Positions 17,792 to 28,204 are shown, counted from the first letter of the stretch. The stretch: DNA of 64,000 nt from Candidatus Woesebacteria bacterium (GCA_035402805.1 DAONDY010000002.1:49801-113800); one strand, 5' to 3'. Notes: a model not told the origin generated them from the sequence alone. Program-made: numbers and translations.

Positions 17792-19533
17792 GGTTAAAAA
17801 AAGAAAATTTGGGAATAATTTTGGTTATGTTGTTGGCATTAATGTTGAGATTTTGGAGACTAGATTTAAATCCGGTGGGAATAGTTCATGACGAAATACA
17901 TCAATTGGTAAACGCCAAGTCTTTGGCTTTGACTGGAATGGGAGCGGCTGGAACTGGGGCGGGAATTTTTCAAAATGAAGCATATTGTGATGGAAATTGT
18001 ATTTTTGGAGAATTACCAACTTATTTATTAATACCTTTTGCTTTTTTTAAAACTAGTTTCCCTTCGTTAAAAATACCATTTGTATTAGCTTCAGTTTTAA
18101 TGATTTTTTGGTTTATAAAATTATTTGAAAATTTAACTAAAAATAAATGGATAGGAATAATAGTTGGGTTAATGATCGCTATAAATCCTTGGGCAATAAA
18201 TTTTGGGAGAACAGCTTATGAAAATACTTTTGCTTTTATGTTTTACGGCTGGAGTTTTTATCTATTAGCTAAAGAACCATTTAAATTAAAAAATCAAATT
18301 TGGGCAATAATTTTAGGTTTTATGGCTTCTCTTTGTTATTTTGGGGCTAAACCAATTTTTGTACCATTGATATTGATTGGTTTGGGTTATGGATTTTGGA
18401 TAGAAAGAAAAAATATTAAAAAGTATTTATTATTGGCATTAATGACAATTTTATTGATGGGAGGGTATGGATTAATTTTGAAAAATTCAAATGCTGGATC
18501 GAGGTTAAAGGAAACTTCTTTGATAAACGAAGTTGTCAGAAATCAAGTTAATGAAGAAAGAAGAAAATCTTTAGAAATACCTATCGTTAGGGATATTTTT
18601 ATTAATAAATATACCGTTTTAGGAAAAGTTTTGTTGACAAAATATTTTGCTGGATTGGCACCTGATTATTTATTTAATCAAGGTGAAGTTGGTTTTGATC
18701 ATTTTATGATTACTAATCATGCTTTTATGTATCTGTTTGATTTACCAATGATAATTTTGGGGTTTTATGCCTTGGGGACAATATCAGCATCGGCATTGGT
18801 TTTTATTTTGACAACAATTTTGGTTTTACCAATAACATCGATCTTGGGAAATAGCGCCACCACATATGCTTTAAGAAACGGTCTTATTTACCCAATTTTG
18901 GCGGCAATAGTTGGAATAGGAATTTATTTTTTGATTACTAAAATTAAAAATAAAAATTGGAAAAAAGTGATGGAAATTAGTTTGGGGTTGGTTTATTTAA
19001 TATCTCTTATTAATTTTTTGGTGATGTATTGGTATAGAAATCCGGTTGAAAAAAGCGTTGGATGGCTTTTTTATGAAAGAGAGGCAGTTAGGTATATAGA
19101 TTTAGTTAAAGATGAAAATCAAGAAACTAAATTTGAAATAGTAACTGGAGACCCTGTTGATTTAATTTATGCTTATGCTTTATTTTCCGGAAAAATAAAT
19201 GATAAAAATTTTATTTTAAAAATGAACGAAGTTATAAAAAATAGAAGCTATGAAATAGATGGAATTAAATTTTCAAAAAATTGTCCAGTGAAAATAGATG
19301 ACGATGTGGTTTATTTGACGGCAGCAGATAAAAATTGTGTCAAAAATCAAAATAATTTAGTTCAAATTGTAGAAACTAGAGATTATGGAGCTAAATGGCT
19401 GGTTCCAAATGATATTTTATGTAAAGATATTAAATTAGGCCAGCACCCATCTCCAAAGAAAATCGAAGAGTTTAAAATTGAAAATATGGATAAAGAAACT
19501 TTTTGTAAAACTTGGATTAGTAAAACATTATGA
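17788..19533 (+). CDS. ArnT/PMT-family (GT-C) glycosyltransferase
   Basis: LRFWRL...HDE, PWAINFGRTAYE, multi-TM. Confidence 0.75.
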   Translation: MRLKKENLGIILVMLLALMLRFWRLDLNPVGIVHDEIHQLVNAKSLALTGMGAAGTGAGIFQNEAYCDGNCIFGELPTYLLIPFAFFKTSFPSLKIPFVLASVLMIFWFIKLFENLTKNKWIGIIVGLMIAINPWAINFGRTAYENTFAFMFYGWSFYLLAKEPFKLKNQIWAIILGFMASLCYFGAKPIFVPLILIGLGYGFWIERKNIKKYLLLALMTILLMGGYGLILKNSNAGSRLKETSLINEVVRNQVNEERRKSLEIPIVRDIFINKYTVLGKVLLTKYFAGLAPDYLFNQGEVGFDHFMITNHAFMYLFDLPMIILGFYALGTISASALVFILTTILVLPITSILGNSATTYALRNGLIYPILAAIVGIGIYFLITKIKNKNWKKVMEISLGLVYLISLINFLVMYWYRNPVEKSVGWLFYEREAVRYIDLVKDENQETKFEIVTGDPVDLIYAYALFSGKINDKNFILKMNEVIKNRSYEIDGIKFSKNCPVKIDDDVVYLTAADKNCVKNQNNLVQIVETRDYGAKWLVPNDILCKDIKLGQHPSPKKIEEFKIENMDKETFCKTWISKTL

Positions 19534-20618
19534 AAAAATATATATTTCAAGCTGATGTGGTCAGATGTTTAGCAATAATTTTTGCGATTGGTGTTCATCT
19601 AACAACACCCATAACTGCTAGACCTGATTTTTTTGGCGGCAATATTTGGTGGTTAACATTTTTATTAAATTGTTTATTTAGAATAGGGGTGCCTTTGTTT
19701 GTAATTTTAAGCGGATATTTAACCTTAGGAAAAGAAATTAGTATTAAACAAAATTTACAAAAAATAACTAAAAGACTTTTGATACCACTGACAGCTTTTT
19801 ATATTATTTTCAATTTGGCTTATATATTGATGGCAAATTTAAGACATGAAAATTACGACTATCCGTCGATTTTTCATAATTTGAGTATAAACACCCACTC
19901 GATTTTGTATTTTTTAGTAGTTCTTTTATTTATTCAGTTGCTTAACCCATTGTGGAATTTATTGACCCAAAAAAGAAATTCATTATTACTGAAATATGTT
20001 TGTAATTTTTTCTTAATATTAGCCATAACTGCTTATATTTTTTATTATTTAAGCTTGAGAGAGGAAAAAGTTTTTAGCACCTTCACCTTGTGGATAATGT
20101 GGTTGGGATTTTATTTATATGGCTATGTTGTAAAAACGAAAACTGAAATATTAACAAAAAAAGAAGAGTGGTTTTATCGGATAATTTTTATTGTTGGGTA
20201 CACAGTGACAGTCTGTTTGGGATACTTAATATTGTGGTTATTTCATAATAAAGGGAACACCCTTTTTTATATTGGAGGACAAAGCTACCCTGATTCGTAT
20301 CTAAGTATTAGTGTAGTAATGATGTCAATTGGGGCTTTTAATTTATTAATTAGAGGCCGAAAAATCAAAAAAATGGAAAAATGTTGGATAAAAAAACCTA
20401 TTGTTTTTATGGCAGGAATAAGTTTTGCTTTGTATTTATTGCATTTATTAGTAATGGATACTTTTAATAAATTTTTTGGAATAACCCCAGATAGTCCATC
20501 GATGCCAAATTTACCAATTTATTTAATAATCAATACAGTTTTGACTTTTGCAGTGACAATACCACTGGCTTTTATTATTAAAAAAGTTCCGATAATTAAA
20601 AAAATTGTTGGGGAATAA
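19530..20618 (+). CDS. Acyltransferase-3 family membrane protein
   Basis: DVVRCLAI..IGVH, VPLFVILSGYL, SFALYLLH. Confidence 0.85.
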   Translation: MKKYIFQADVVRCLAIIFAIGVHLTTPITARPDFFGGNIWWLTFLLNCLFRIGVPLFVILSGYLTLGKEISIKQNLQKITKRLLIPLTAFYIIFNLAYILMANLRHENYDYPSIFHNLSINTHSILYFLVVLLFIQLLNPLWNLLTQKRNSLLLKYVCNFFLILAITAYIFYYLSLREEKVFSTFTLWIMWLGFYLYGYVVKTKTEILTKKEEWFYRIIFIVGYTVTVCLGYLILWLFHNKGNTLFYIGGQSYPDSYLSISVVMMSIGAFNLLIRGRKIKKMEKCWIKKPIVFMAGISFALYLLHLLVMDTFNKFFGITPDSPSMPNLPIYLIINTVLTFAVTIPLAFIIKKVPIIKKIVGE

Positions 20619-21838
20619 TGAAAAACAAGATATTAATAATATTATTGGTAATATGTTTCTTTTTTTTGAGGCTCTATAAAATTGAAGAAAGAGTAAATTT
20701 TTCGATGGATCAGGGAATATTTTTACTTAGAAGTTGGGAAATTTGGCAAAATAAGGAAATTACTTTAATCGGACCGACCGCTTCCCCATTAGTTCATGGC
20801 CACCAGTTTTTTCAGGGGCCATTAATTTATTATTCGATGATTATGGTAATGCTAGTGTCAGGCTGGAATATAATAAGGGCTTCTTATCTTTTAGTACTTT
20901 TAAATTTTGTGGCTTTGGTTTTTTTGTACTTGTCAACTAAAAAAATATTTAATAAAAAAGTAGCCAAAATAGCCTCTTGCTTGTTTATCTTTTTACCAAC
21001 TTCTATTAATTTTTCTAATTTTTTATGGAATCCAAATTTTTTATTAATTTTGATGCCAATTTTTATTTTTTTAGGATCGAAAGCATTTTTTAGTAAAAAA
21101 TATTGGTATTTAATTTGGGGAATTTTGGGTGGAATTTGTCTTCAATTCCATTTTCAAGTTGTTTTGATACTATTTTTTACTTTTTTGTTTTTAATATTAA
21201 AAAAGATAGAATTTAAAAAATTTTTGCTATTTGTAGGAGGAGCAATAATTGGATATTCCCCTCTTTTAATATTTGATTTAAGAAATAATTTTTACAACGT
21301 AAGGACAATGTTGGAGTGGTTACGGTTTGGAGGGGACGAAAAAATGGCATTTCCTCTATATTATTTTTTGTCTTTTGTACCGTTTCTTTGTATGGGATTA
21401 GCCTGGTTGATAGGTAAAATAAAAAATAAAATGATTATAGTTTTGTTATTGAGTGGATTAGTTCTTTATTCTTTTTACATAAAAATTAACCAAAAAGAAG
21501 CTTTGGGAATGCCAAATGGCTGGAATTATGTCTGGCAACAAAAAGTAGTGGATAAAATTTTAGAAAAAGGATGCCCAAAAAATTTTAATATAGCCAGCAC
21601 TATTAGTGGTGATACTAGATCTTATGATTTAAGATTTCTAATGACGGCTAAGAGCTGTAGACCGATGAATGTTGAAGAATATCCAAAAGCTGAAAAACTA
21701 TTTTTAGTGGCACCAATTGACAGGCCACCAGAAACAGAAAAGGTTTGGGAGGTATCATCTTTAAGAAAGTTTAAAATCAATCAAAAAACAGAGATAAATT
21801 CAAATGTATTTTTTTACGAATTGGAAAGAGAAATTTGA
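20618..21838 (+). CDS. ArnT/PMT-family (GT-C) glycosyltransferase
   Basis: FSMDQG, LIGP, QGPLIYY, WNPN; paralogous to 16376. Confidence 0.75.
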   Translation: MKNKILIILLVICFFFLRLYKIEERVNFSMDQGIFLLRSWEIWQNKEITLIGPTASPLVHGHQFFQGPLIYYSMIMVMLVSGWNIIRASYLLVLLNFVALVFLYLSTKKIFNKKVAKIASCLFIFLPTSINFSNFLWNPNFLLILMPIFIFLGSKAFFSKKYWYLIWGILGGICLQFHFQVVLILFFTFLFLILKKIEFKKFLLFVGGAIIGYSPLLIFDLRNNFYNVRTMLEWLRFGGDEKMAFPLYYFLSFVPFLCMGLAWLIGKIKNKMIIVLLLSGLVLYSFYIKINQKEALGMPNGWNYVWQQKVVDKILEKGCPKNFNIASTISGDTRSYDLRFLMTAKSCRPMNVEEYPKAEKLFLVAPIDRPPETEKVWEVSSLRKFKINQKTEINSNVFFYELEREI

Positions 21839-22416
21839 GATTTTTTACTTTTTTTAGCTTTAACTAACTTATTATCTGATCTTTCTAGCGCATCATAAAA
21901 ATCTTCTTTAGAATGGGCAATGTGAAAAGCATAGGTAAATTCAAGTTTGTTTGGATTTTGTTCTTTTTTATTAAAAACTTCTAATTTTTGATAGATGGTG
22001 GTTAATTCTTTTGGATCTATATTGGCAACAGGAACAATAAATTCATCACCACCGAATCTGAATTTTTTAGTATCTGGAAAGATTCCATTGACAAATTTAA
22101 CAAAGGAAAGAATATATTTGTTTCCATTGGCGTGTCCACCGATATCAGGATCTGGGTTGTCGTTTATCTTTTTTAGGTTATCTAAATCGAAAGTGAGTAT
22201 GGTTAAAGGAAATTGTTCAGATATTAAATTATCTCTATAGCGCTTAAGACCCCGCCAATTTTCAAAATTAGTTAAAGTATCATTAAAAATTAATTCTGAT
22301 ATTTTGTCGGCAGCTTCAATAACTGGGATAGTACCATCGACCGAATCTTGAGCGTTTTTAAATTCCGCTTGAATTCGCTCTAAAGCTAATGGATTTAAGC
22401 TGATTCTTTCGGACAT
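21814..22416 (-). CDS. GGDEF diguanylate cyclase
   Basis: FDLDNLKKIND...GH..G...FRFGGDEF. Confidence 0.9.
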   Translation of the reverse strand: MSERISLNPLALERIQAEFKNAQDSVDGTIPVIEAADKISELIFNDTLTNFENWRGLKRYRDNLISEQFPLTILTFDLDNLKKINDNPDPDIGGHANGNKYILSFVKFVNGIFPDTKKFRFGGDEFIVPVANIDPKELTTIYQKLEVFNKKEQNPNKLEFTYAFHIAHSKEDFYDALERSDNKLVKAKKSKKSQISLSNS

Positions 22417-22461
22417 AAAGGAAATTTAATCTTAAATAAGTTAGGAGTTAGTATATCACCT

Positions 22462-22968
22462 TTAGTTGAAGATAGAGAAAGCTTTTGACAAGGAAACTAG
22501 CTTTGAAGATTTAGAAACGGTACCAAAATGGAAAACCACGACTTCTTTTGGTCCAGAAGGATAATTGACCTGGCCAATAGCTACACCATAGGCATTGTAT
22601 TTGGGGTTTAAAAGATTTTTTCGGTGAGATGGTGAATTTATCCAGGCGGTAATAATTTTATCGCTGGAAGAGAAATTAGAGGCTAGATTTTCAGCAATGG
22701 CAGTTTTAAAACCGGTTTGTCTAATAAAAGAATCCCATTTTTGTGAAGTAGTGGGGTTATCATGACTCCAATAAAGATATTTTTGCATATCTGCTAATTT
22801 AGCAGCGGCGGCTTGATTAAGTTTAGAATTTTCACTTAAAACAGGAAGAAAGCTTTGACGACGAGTTGCGGTAACTTTCTCAACCAATTCATTTTTAGAA
22901 ACAGCAAAAGAACTCTTGGATAGAGAGAAAAATAAAACAAATAAAATAAAGAAAAAACATTTTTTCAT
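22462..22968 (-). CDS. Secreted CAP/SCP domain protein
   Basis: Signal peptide from MKK (22968), YWSH, AENLA, AWINSPSHRKNLL. Confidence 0.88.
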   Translation of the reverse strand: MKKCFFFILFVLFFSLSKSSFAVSKNELVEKVTATRRQSFLPVLSENSKLNQAAAAKLADMQKYLYWSHDNPTTSQKWDSFIRQTGFKTAIAENLASNFSSSDKIITAWINSPSHRKNLLNPKYNAYGVAIGQVNYPSGPKEVVVFHFGTVSKSSKLVSLSKAFSIFN

Positions 22969-23000
22969 CTTGGGCGATGATAAAATGAAAGAATTATTCG

Positions 23001-24194
23001 ATGCTTGATTGGTTTTCTGACATCTTTTTGTCAAAAATGTCAGAAATGTGGTATATTAAGATGATGTTTGATAGATTGGAAAAAATAACAACCGAGCAAT
23101 ACCAAAAATTAAGCAAAAAATGGCGATCACTTTTGGAGATTGGCGAAAGTGTGGCGGTAATTTTCCCGTATATGAGCGACAGACAGATAAGGTTCAGCCA
23201 ATATTTAGAAGAAAGTAGTAAAGATGAAATACTTATCCCGATTAATTTGGAAATTCAATGGTTTGACGATCTTGAAGATCTTAAAAAATATATAGAAACA
23301 CAGGCTAAAAATTATAAAATAGCAAAGACGGTGACTTTAGTGATGTCAAATGGAGATGAATTATTTAAGCCTCAGAACATCCAAATAATGAAACTATTGC
23401 AGAGATTAATGTTGGATGAAAAAAATATTAGGCTACTTTCGGCTTTTGAGACTGATGTTTTAAAAAAAATCAATAATATTCATGAATATAACCTATTGTT
23501 TCAAAACATTGTTTATTACCCTCTTTATAATCTTGACGATACTTTTTTGTTTGTGGACTATTTATGTAAAAAATGGCAAATTAAAATGCCTCAACCAATA
23601 AGAAAATCTATCGTTTATAACGGCGGAGGTTCTTTTTGGCTAGTAAAAGAAAGTTGCCGTAGTTATCGAGATAAAGGAAAATGGACAACCGAAGATGAAG
23701 GTTTTTTGTTTAGAATTAATTTAATATCAAAGGCTTTTTCAGAAAAAGAAAAGGAAATAATTTTAGCAGCCCCCTATTTAAAAAGTTATGAATTATTAGA
23801 CGAGTTTAAACATCTAAAAAAAATTGGTCTAATTGACAAAAATGACAGAGTGATAATCCCACTTTTGACGAAAATAATAGAAAAAGAGAAAATTCGTAAA
23901 AACCTATTAGAAATAGAAGATGGTGAAGTTTTTTTTAGGGGGATTTCACTGATGGAAGTGATGTCGCCAACTGAATATGTAATACTAAAGTGTTTAATGA
24001 AAAAAGCGAATAATCCGGTTGATAGAGATGAAATTGCTAAAATTATTTGGCCGGAAAAAACTGAGGAATATTATTCTCAATGGGCAATTGACCAATCAAT
24101 AAAAAGATTAAGAAGTCGGTTAAAGGCTTTAAGTTTACCGTCAAAAATTATTGCTTCAATAAGAGGAGTTGGCTATGAATATAGAACAATATAA
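23001..24194 (+). CDS. Transcription regulator with C-terminal OmpR-type winged helix and degenerate ATPase-like N-terminus
   Basis: MSPTEYVILKCL...VDRDEIAKIIW...AIDQSIKRLRSRL...SIRGVGY; real start probably 23061/23064. Confidence 0.75.
   Translation: MLDWFSDIFLSKMSEMWYIKMMFDRLEKITTEQYQKLSKKWRSLLEIGESVAVIFPYMSDRQIRFSQYLEESSKDEILIPINLEIQWFDDLEDLKKYIETQAKNYKIAKTVTLVMSNGDELFKPQNIQIMKLLQRLMLDEKNIRLLSAFETDVLKKINNIHEYNLLFQNIVYYPLYNLDDTFLFVDYLCKKWQIKMPQPIRKSIVYNGGGSFWLVKESCRSYRDKGKWTTEDEGFLFRINLISKAFSEKEKEIILAAPYLKSYELLDEFKHLKKIGLIDKNDRVIIPLLTKIIEKEKIRKNLLEIEDGEVFFRGISLMEVMSPTEYVILKCLMKKANNPVDRDEIAKIIWPEKTEEYYSQWAIDQSIKRLRSRLKALSLPSKIIASIRGVGYEYRTI
23014..23046. promoter_or_regulatory. Inverted-repeat operator between divergent genes
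   Basis: TTTCTGACAT-N13-ATGTCAGAAA. Confidence 0.55.
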
Positions 24195-26001
24195 TATTAG
24201 ACAACAAGAAAATGAGGGAATTAATTTTACTGATTCCTTATGGTATTTTTTAGGTAATCAAGAAAAAAATAAACTAACTGATACGGGGGTGTTTTTTTTA
24301 AATGAATTAGTAAAAGAAATTTTAAAAAATGAAAACGAGATGCAGTTGGGAGGAAGTGCAGCAGAAGTTTTGTCGGGATTAATTACTCCAGAAGAATATT
24401 GGGGCATAAAAGGACAATTTAAAAAATTAAACGATAATTTATCTCAAAAAAATGGAGAGGAAAATAAAATAATTAAATCAGCATTAGAAACTTTAGCTAA
24501 TGGAGATGTAGATTTTGATTTTTATGTTAGTAAAGAGGACCATTTAGAAACCATTTTCGACAATATTTACAAAGAATGGGGCGAGCAAACCCAAATTCAG
24601 GAAAGTGATGTTAGAGGAAGTTTTTTTGAGATAAAGATTACTGAAAAACTAAAGGCTAATATTTTTTATGGACCAATTTATGAGGGAAGTCTAATTAAAA
24701 GGGTTTGTTTGCAATTAAAAGACAATGAAGAAAAAAGAATATTTCATATGGATATAACTTCAAATCCAGAAACGGGAAGCGACCAAGCAATACAGAGGAG
24801 ACATTTTATAGGCGAAATACATGACAATTGTAGGGGTAAATTAGTAGTAGATGATAATCAAATTAAAATTATTTTTGACAAAAACCAATTACCAAAAGCC
24901 AACCAGGAATCAACCCTAAAAATTGATAAAAAAAGTGAAAAAACAAAAATTGAAGTGACTTTAAGAGAAATGCGAAAAAAAATAATGCATTTTGATTCTA
25001 ATAAAAACAAAGAGGGAAGAAAAAATTTTGAAATATCTAGATTATTTCCATTGATGAATGTGGATAGTCTATTTGATTTAAGGGAAATGAGTTTTGGAGA
25101 AAAACCAAAGATAGAAGAAATATTTCAAAAACAAAAACCGGCTCAAAAACAAATGATTTATCAAGAATTATTTTTAATGGCTCAAAAGGATCCTTTTTTG
25201 ACAGTCATTTTTTTACAAGACAGTGGTTTGGATTTAGTATTTTTTGGAAGACATTTGGAAAGAAAGGAAGCATTGGCCCTAATGGCGTCAGAACATTTAA
25301 AATATGACCTGGGAAATAATTCCCCAAGCCAAACAATTAAAAATTCAAGGGAAAAATATTTAGATTTAAAAGAAAATGATTCTAAAAAAAATGGTTTAAA
25401 GAGATTGATAGCGGCAATTGGACAAGTGTTATCGAAGGAAAAAACTGACTTCGATGAACATTTTGAGGAAGGATGGAAAATTTTGATTGATCCAAAAAAT
25501 AAAGTAACTGAGGTAAAACAGCGAGAAATTACAACAGAATTAAAAGAGACAGAAAGAAAAATATTTGAAAAAATAATTTATGGAGGTGGGTTAACCGAAA
25601 GAAGATTAAATGGATTAATAGAAATTAATAAAAAAGAATTTAAGAAAGCACTTTTTAACCTCAAAAAGAAAGGTCTAGTTGAAGCGGCAAGAAGAGAGGT
25701 GTTGATGGATGGAGAAAAAAGGGGTGTTTATTTTTATTATCCATGTTGGACGGAAACAAAAATAGAAACAATCTTGGAAGTAGCTGGCAAAAGTGATCTT
25801 ATTTCCAAGATTTATAAAAAAGCTAGAATTGAAAATCTGGAAGCGGCTTTAGCAATAAAAACCGAAGAGTTACAAACTGGTGATTTTTGGGACAAAATAA
25901 TGGCATTATTTCACCCTCATCTGATTTTGAAATTAATAACCTATCAAAACGAAATTGAAAAAGAAGGCAAGTTTAAAAGGTATTATTTAGACAGAAATTA
26001 A
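24169..26001 (+). CDS. Divergent nucleotidyltransferase-fold protein with C-terminal wHTH
   Basis: LGGSAAE...GDVDFD, MDIT, QRRHF; helix-turn-helix GLTERRL...KKALFNLKKKGLVE. Confidence 0.5.
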   Translation: MAMNIEQYNIRQQENEGINFTDSLWYFLGNQEKNKLTDTGVFFLNELVKEILKNENEMQLGGSAAEVLSGLITPEEYWGIKGQFKKLNDNLSQKNGEENKIIKSALETLANGDVDFDFYVSKEDHLETIFDNIYKEWGEQTQIQESDVRGSFFEIKITEKLKANIFYGPIYEGSLIKRVCLQLKDNEEKRIFHMDITSNPETGSDQAIQRRHFIGEIHDNCRGKLVVDDNQIKIIFDKNQLPKANQESTLKIDKKSEKTKIEVTLREMRKKIMHFDSNKNKEGRKNFEISRLFPLMNVDSLFDLREMSFGEKPKIEEIFQKQKPAQKQMIYQELFLMAQKDPFLTVIFLQDSGLDLVFFGRHLERKEALALMASEHLKYDLGNNSPSQTIKNSREKYLDLKENDSKKNGLKRLIAAIGQVLSKEKTDFDEHFEEGWKILIDPKNKVTEVKQREITTELKETERKIFEKIIYGGGLTERRLNGLIEINKKEFKKALFNLKKKGLVEAARREVLMDGEKRGVYFYYPCWTETKIETILEVAGKSDLISKIYKKARIENLEAALAIKTEELQTGDFWDKIMALFHPHLILKLITYQNEIEKEGKFKRYYLDRN

Positions 26002-26043
26002 GTGCTATAATTGAAATCACCCTTTTAAAAAATTAGTAATTTA

Positions 26044-26697
26044 GTGTCCTTTATGAATGAAAAAATTAAAAAACAATTTGAATCATTTTTTAGTAAATTT
26101 GAAACAATTAAATATAAAAAAGGGCAAGTTTTGTTTAGACCGGGAGAGAATTTAAATACAGCTTATATCGAAAAATCAGGGTTTTTAAGAGCTTATGTGG
26201 TTATTGACGGAAAAGAAGTAAGTTTACCAAGTTTAAAACCACTATTTTTCTGTGCGGCTTTAAATGGATTACATAAAAAAACTAATAAATATTTTGTAGA
26301 GGCAATAACTTCAGTCGAACTTTATGCCGTACCAATGGAAGAATTTGTAAAATTTATCGGAAAAGATGCTTCTCTTTTAAATGAAGTTAATAAACAATTA
26401 ATCGATGATTTAGTTGATCTATCGGTAAATTGGCAACAAATTGTGGTTGGAGACGCAACAAATAAGGTAGCCGGATTAATTTGCATGATTGCAAAAGAAG
26501 TCGGGGAAGAAAAAGGTAATGAAATTTTAATTAATTCCAATACCCCACATCGAGTTTTGGCTAGTATGGCGGGACTTACTAGAGAAACTGTAACTTTACA
26601 AATTTTAAAACTACAGAAACAGGGTTATCTTTATAATAAAAGCAGAAAAATGGTAATTAAAAACATTGAAAAGATTAAAGAAATTGCTAAAATTTAG
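26044..26697 (+). CDS. Crp/Fnr family transcriptional regulator
   Basis: cNMP-binding-like N-domain (YKKGQVLF..GE), HTH LASMAGLTRETVT. Confidence 0.9.
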   Translation: MSFMNEKIKKQFESFFSKFETIKYKKGQVLFRPGENLNTAYIEKSGFLRAYVVIDGKEVSLPSLKPLFFCAALNGLHKKTNKYFVEAITSVELYAVPMEEFVKFIGKDASLLNEVNKQLIDDLVDLSVNWQQIVVGDATNKVAGLICMIAKEVGEEKGNEILINSNTPHRVLASMAGLTRETVTLQILKLQKQGYLYNKSRKMVIKNIEKIKEIAKI

Positions 26698-26701
26698 TTA
26701 T

Positions 26702-27151
26702 ATGGAAAACAGAAAAATATTTAGATCAATAGATGATTACATGGTGGCTGGAGTCAGCGGTGGTTTGGCAAAATATTTCAAAATAGATAGTTCTTTGGTT
26801 AGAATTATTTTTGTTTTGTTAGCTTTAAGTGGCGGGACTGGTATCTTACTTTATTTAATTTTATGGTTAATAGTGCCAAAAGAAGAAGGAGTAGAAAAAG
26901 AAATTGATAGAGAAGAAAAAATTAAAGAGTTTGCTGAAGATGTTAAAGGTAGAGCTAAATCAATGGCAAAGGAAATTAAGATAGATACAAAAATTAAAAA
27001 ACCGAGAAAAAATATTAATGTATTAGGAATAGTTTTAATCCTAGTGGGAATAGTGGCAGTTTGGAATCAAATATCGCCAATAACCATCCAGTGGAATTTT
27101 TTCTGGCCAGGATTATTAATCTTGGTGGGAATTTTAGTGCTTTTTAGATAA
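26702..27151 (+). CDS. pspC: PspC domain membrane protein
   Basis: RSIDDYMVAGVSGGLAKYF.ID..LVRIIF...YLILWLIVP. Confidence 0.85.
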   Translation: MENRKIFRSIDDYMVAGVSGGLAKYFKIDSSLVRIIFVLLALSGGTGILLYLILWLIVPKEEGVEKEIDREEKIKEFAEDVKGRAKSMAKEIKIDTKIKKPRKNINVLGIVLILVGIVAVWNQISPITIQWNFFWPGLLILVGILVLFR

Positions 27152-27667
27152 TTATTCTCGACAACAATCAAGAATTTTGTTGATTATTTGACCGAAACCA
27201 CCAAGAAGAGTTTTTTTAGGCAAGGGTTTTTCGACAAATTCAACTTTTTTGGATTTTGAATCAACTAAACCTAAATTAAGTCCCCAAAAAAGATTGTATA
27301 AATCAAAAGATTTTTTAAAATAGTCATCAGCTTCTTTTTTATCACCCTTAGTTAAACATTTAGTGCCAACTTCCATAAGCCGCATAGAAGCTGATAAGAG
27401 ATGCTTGCTGGTACACCAAATTTCACCCTCATTTTCTTTAATAATCTTTTTCATGAGCTCTTTTCTCATTTCTCGAGCAGTATTTAAAACCTCAATATAT
27501 TTAGTGTCGCCTAATTTTTGGGAAGTAAAAAACATATGTTCTTCGATGCCAATTAAATTCATAATGGCAACAGAAAGATCTTCGCCCAGAGACAAATCTA
27601 ATTTGTGACCTTTTTCAATTTTTTTAGCTTGGTCAATAAATTTTTGGAGTTCGTTTGGTGTAGTCAT
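27152..27667 (-). CDS. Conserved hypothetical protein in Fe-S operon
   Basis: MNLIGIEEH, WCTSKH, terminal DCCRE. Confidence 0.7.
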   Translation of the reverse strand: MTTPNELQKFIDQAKKIEKGHKLDLSLGEDLSVAIMNLIGIEEHMFFTSQKLGDTKYIEVLNTAREMRKELMKKIIKENEGEIWCTSKHLLSASMRLMEVGTKCLTKGDKKEADDYFKKSFDLYNLFWGLNLGLVDSKSKKVEFVEKPLPKKTLLGGFGQIINKILDCCRE

Positions 27668-27675
27668 TTTATAAT

Positions 27676-27719
27676 CCTCTCTGTCCTATGGACATCTCCC
27701 CTTAATAAAGGGAGAAGTC
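27676..27719 (+). repeat. Repeat family A, copy 4
   Basis: CCTCTCTGTCCTATGGACATCTCCCCTTAATAAAGGGAGAAGTC. Confidence 0.9.
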
Positions 27720-27724
27720 TAAAT

Positions 27725-28183
27725 TTATAATTTAAAAAGTAATTTGAATAATAAAGTAAAAATAATTAAAAAGCCAACAGGAAAAACTACTTTTTGATAT
27801 GGAAAGAGAATCTTCCCATTATTTAATTTTCTGGAATAACGATCTATAAATATACCCAAAAACATAATTAAAAGACCCAAGCTTTGGCCAAAAATAATCT
27901 TATCAAGACCTAGTATTTTATTTGTAGGTAAACCAGTTTGATCAGTGTAAATAAAATAAAAAAGAGTAAATCCAAGCATTAAGAGAGAAAAAACAATAGA
28001 ATTGCCTAAAACTTTATTTTTGATTCTGGGAGCTAACCAAAAAGAAATAGCCGTGTTTAAAGCAGAAATCCATAAAGAAACTAAAAAGTCATCGACTCCT
28101 AAACGTTTAGCTAGAAGCATTCCTCCACCAACAGTAACAATACAGACAGGACATTGAGCATAAGCAGCTTTAACTAGAAACAT
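27725..28183 (-). CDS. Membrane protein with N-terminal CPVC motif
   Basis: AYAQCPVC followed by about 4 TM helices. Confidence 0.7.
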   Translation of the reverse strand: MFLVKAAYAQCPVCIVTVGGGMLLAKRLGVDDFLVSLWISALNTAISFWLAPRIKNKVLGNSIVFSLLMLGFTLFYFIYTDQTGLPTNKILGLDKIIFGQSLGLLIMFLGIFIDRYSRKLNNGKILFPYQKVVFPVGFLIIFTLLFKLLFKL

Positions 28184-28204
28184 AGTTATTTATTTTAACA
28201 ATTT

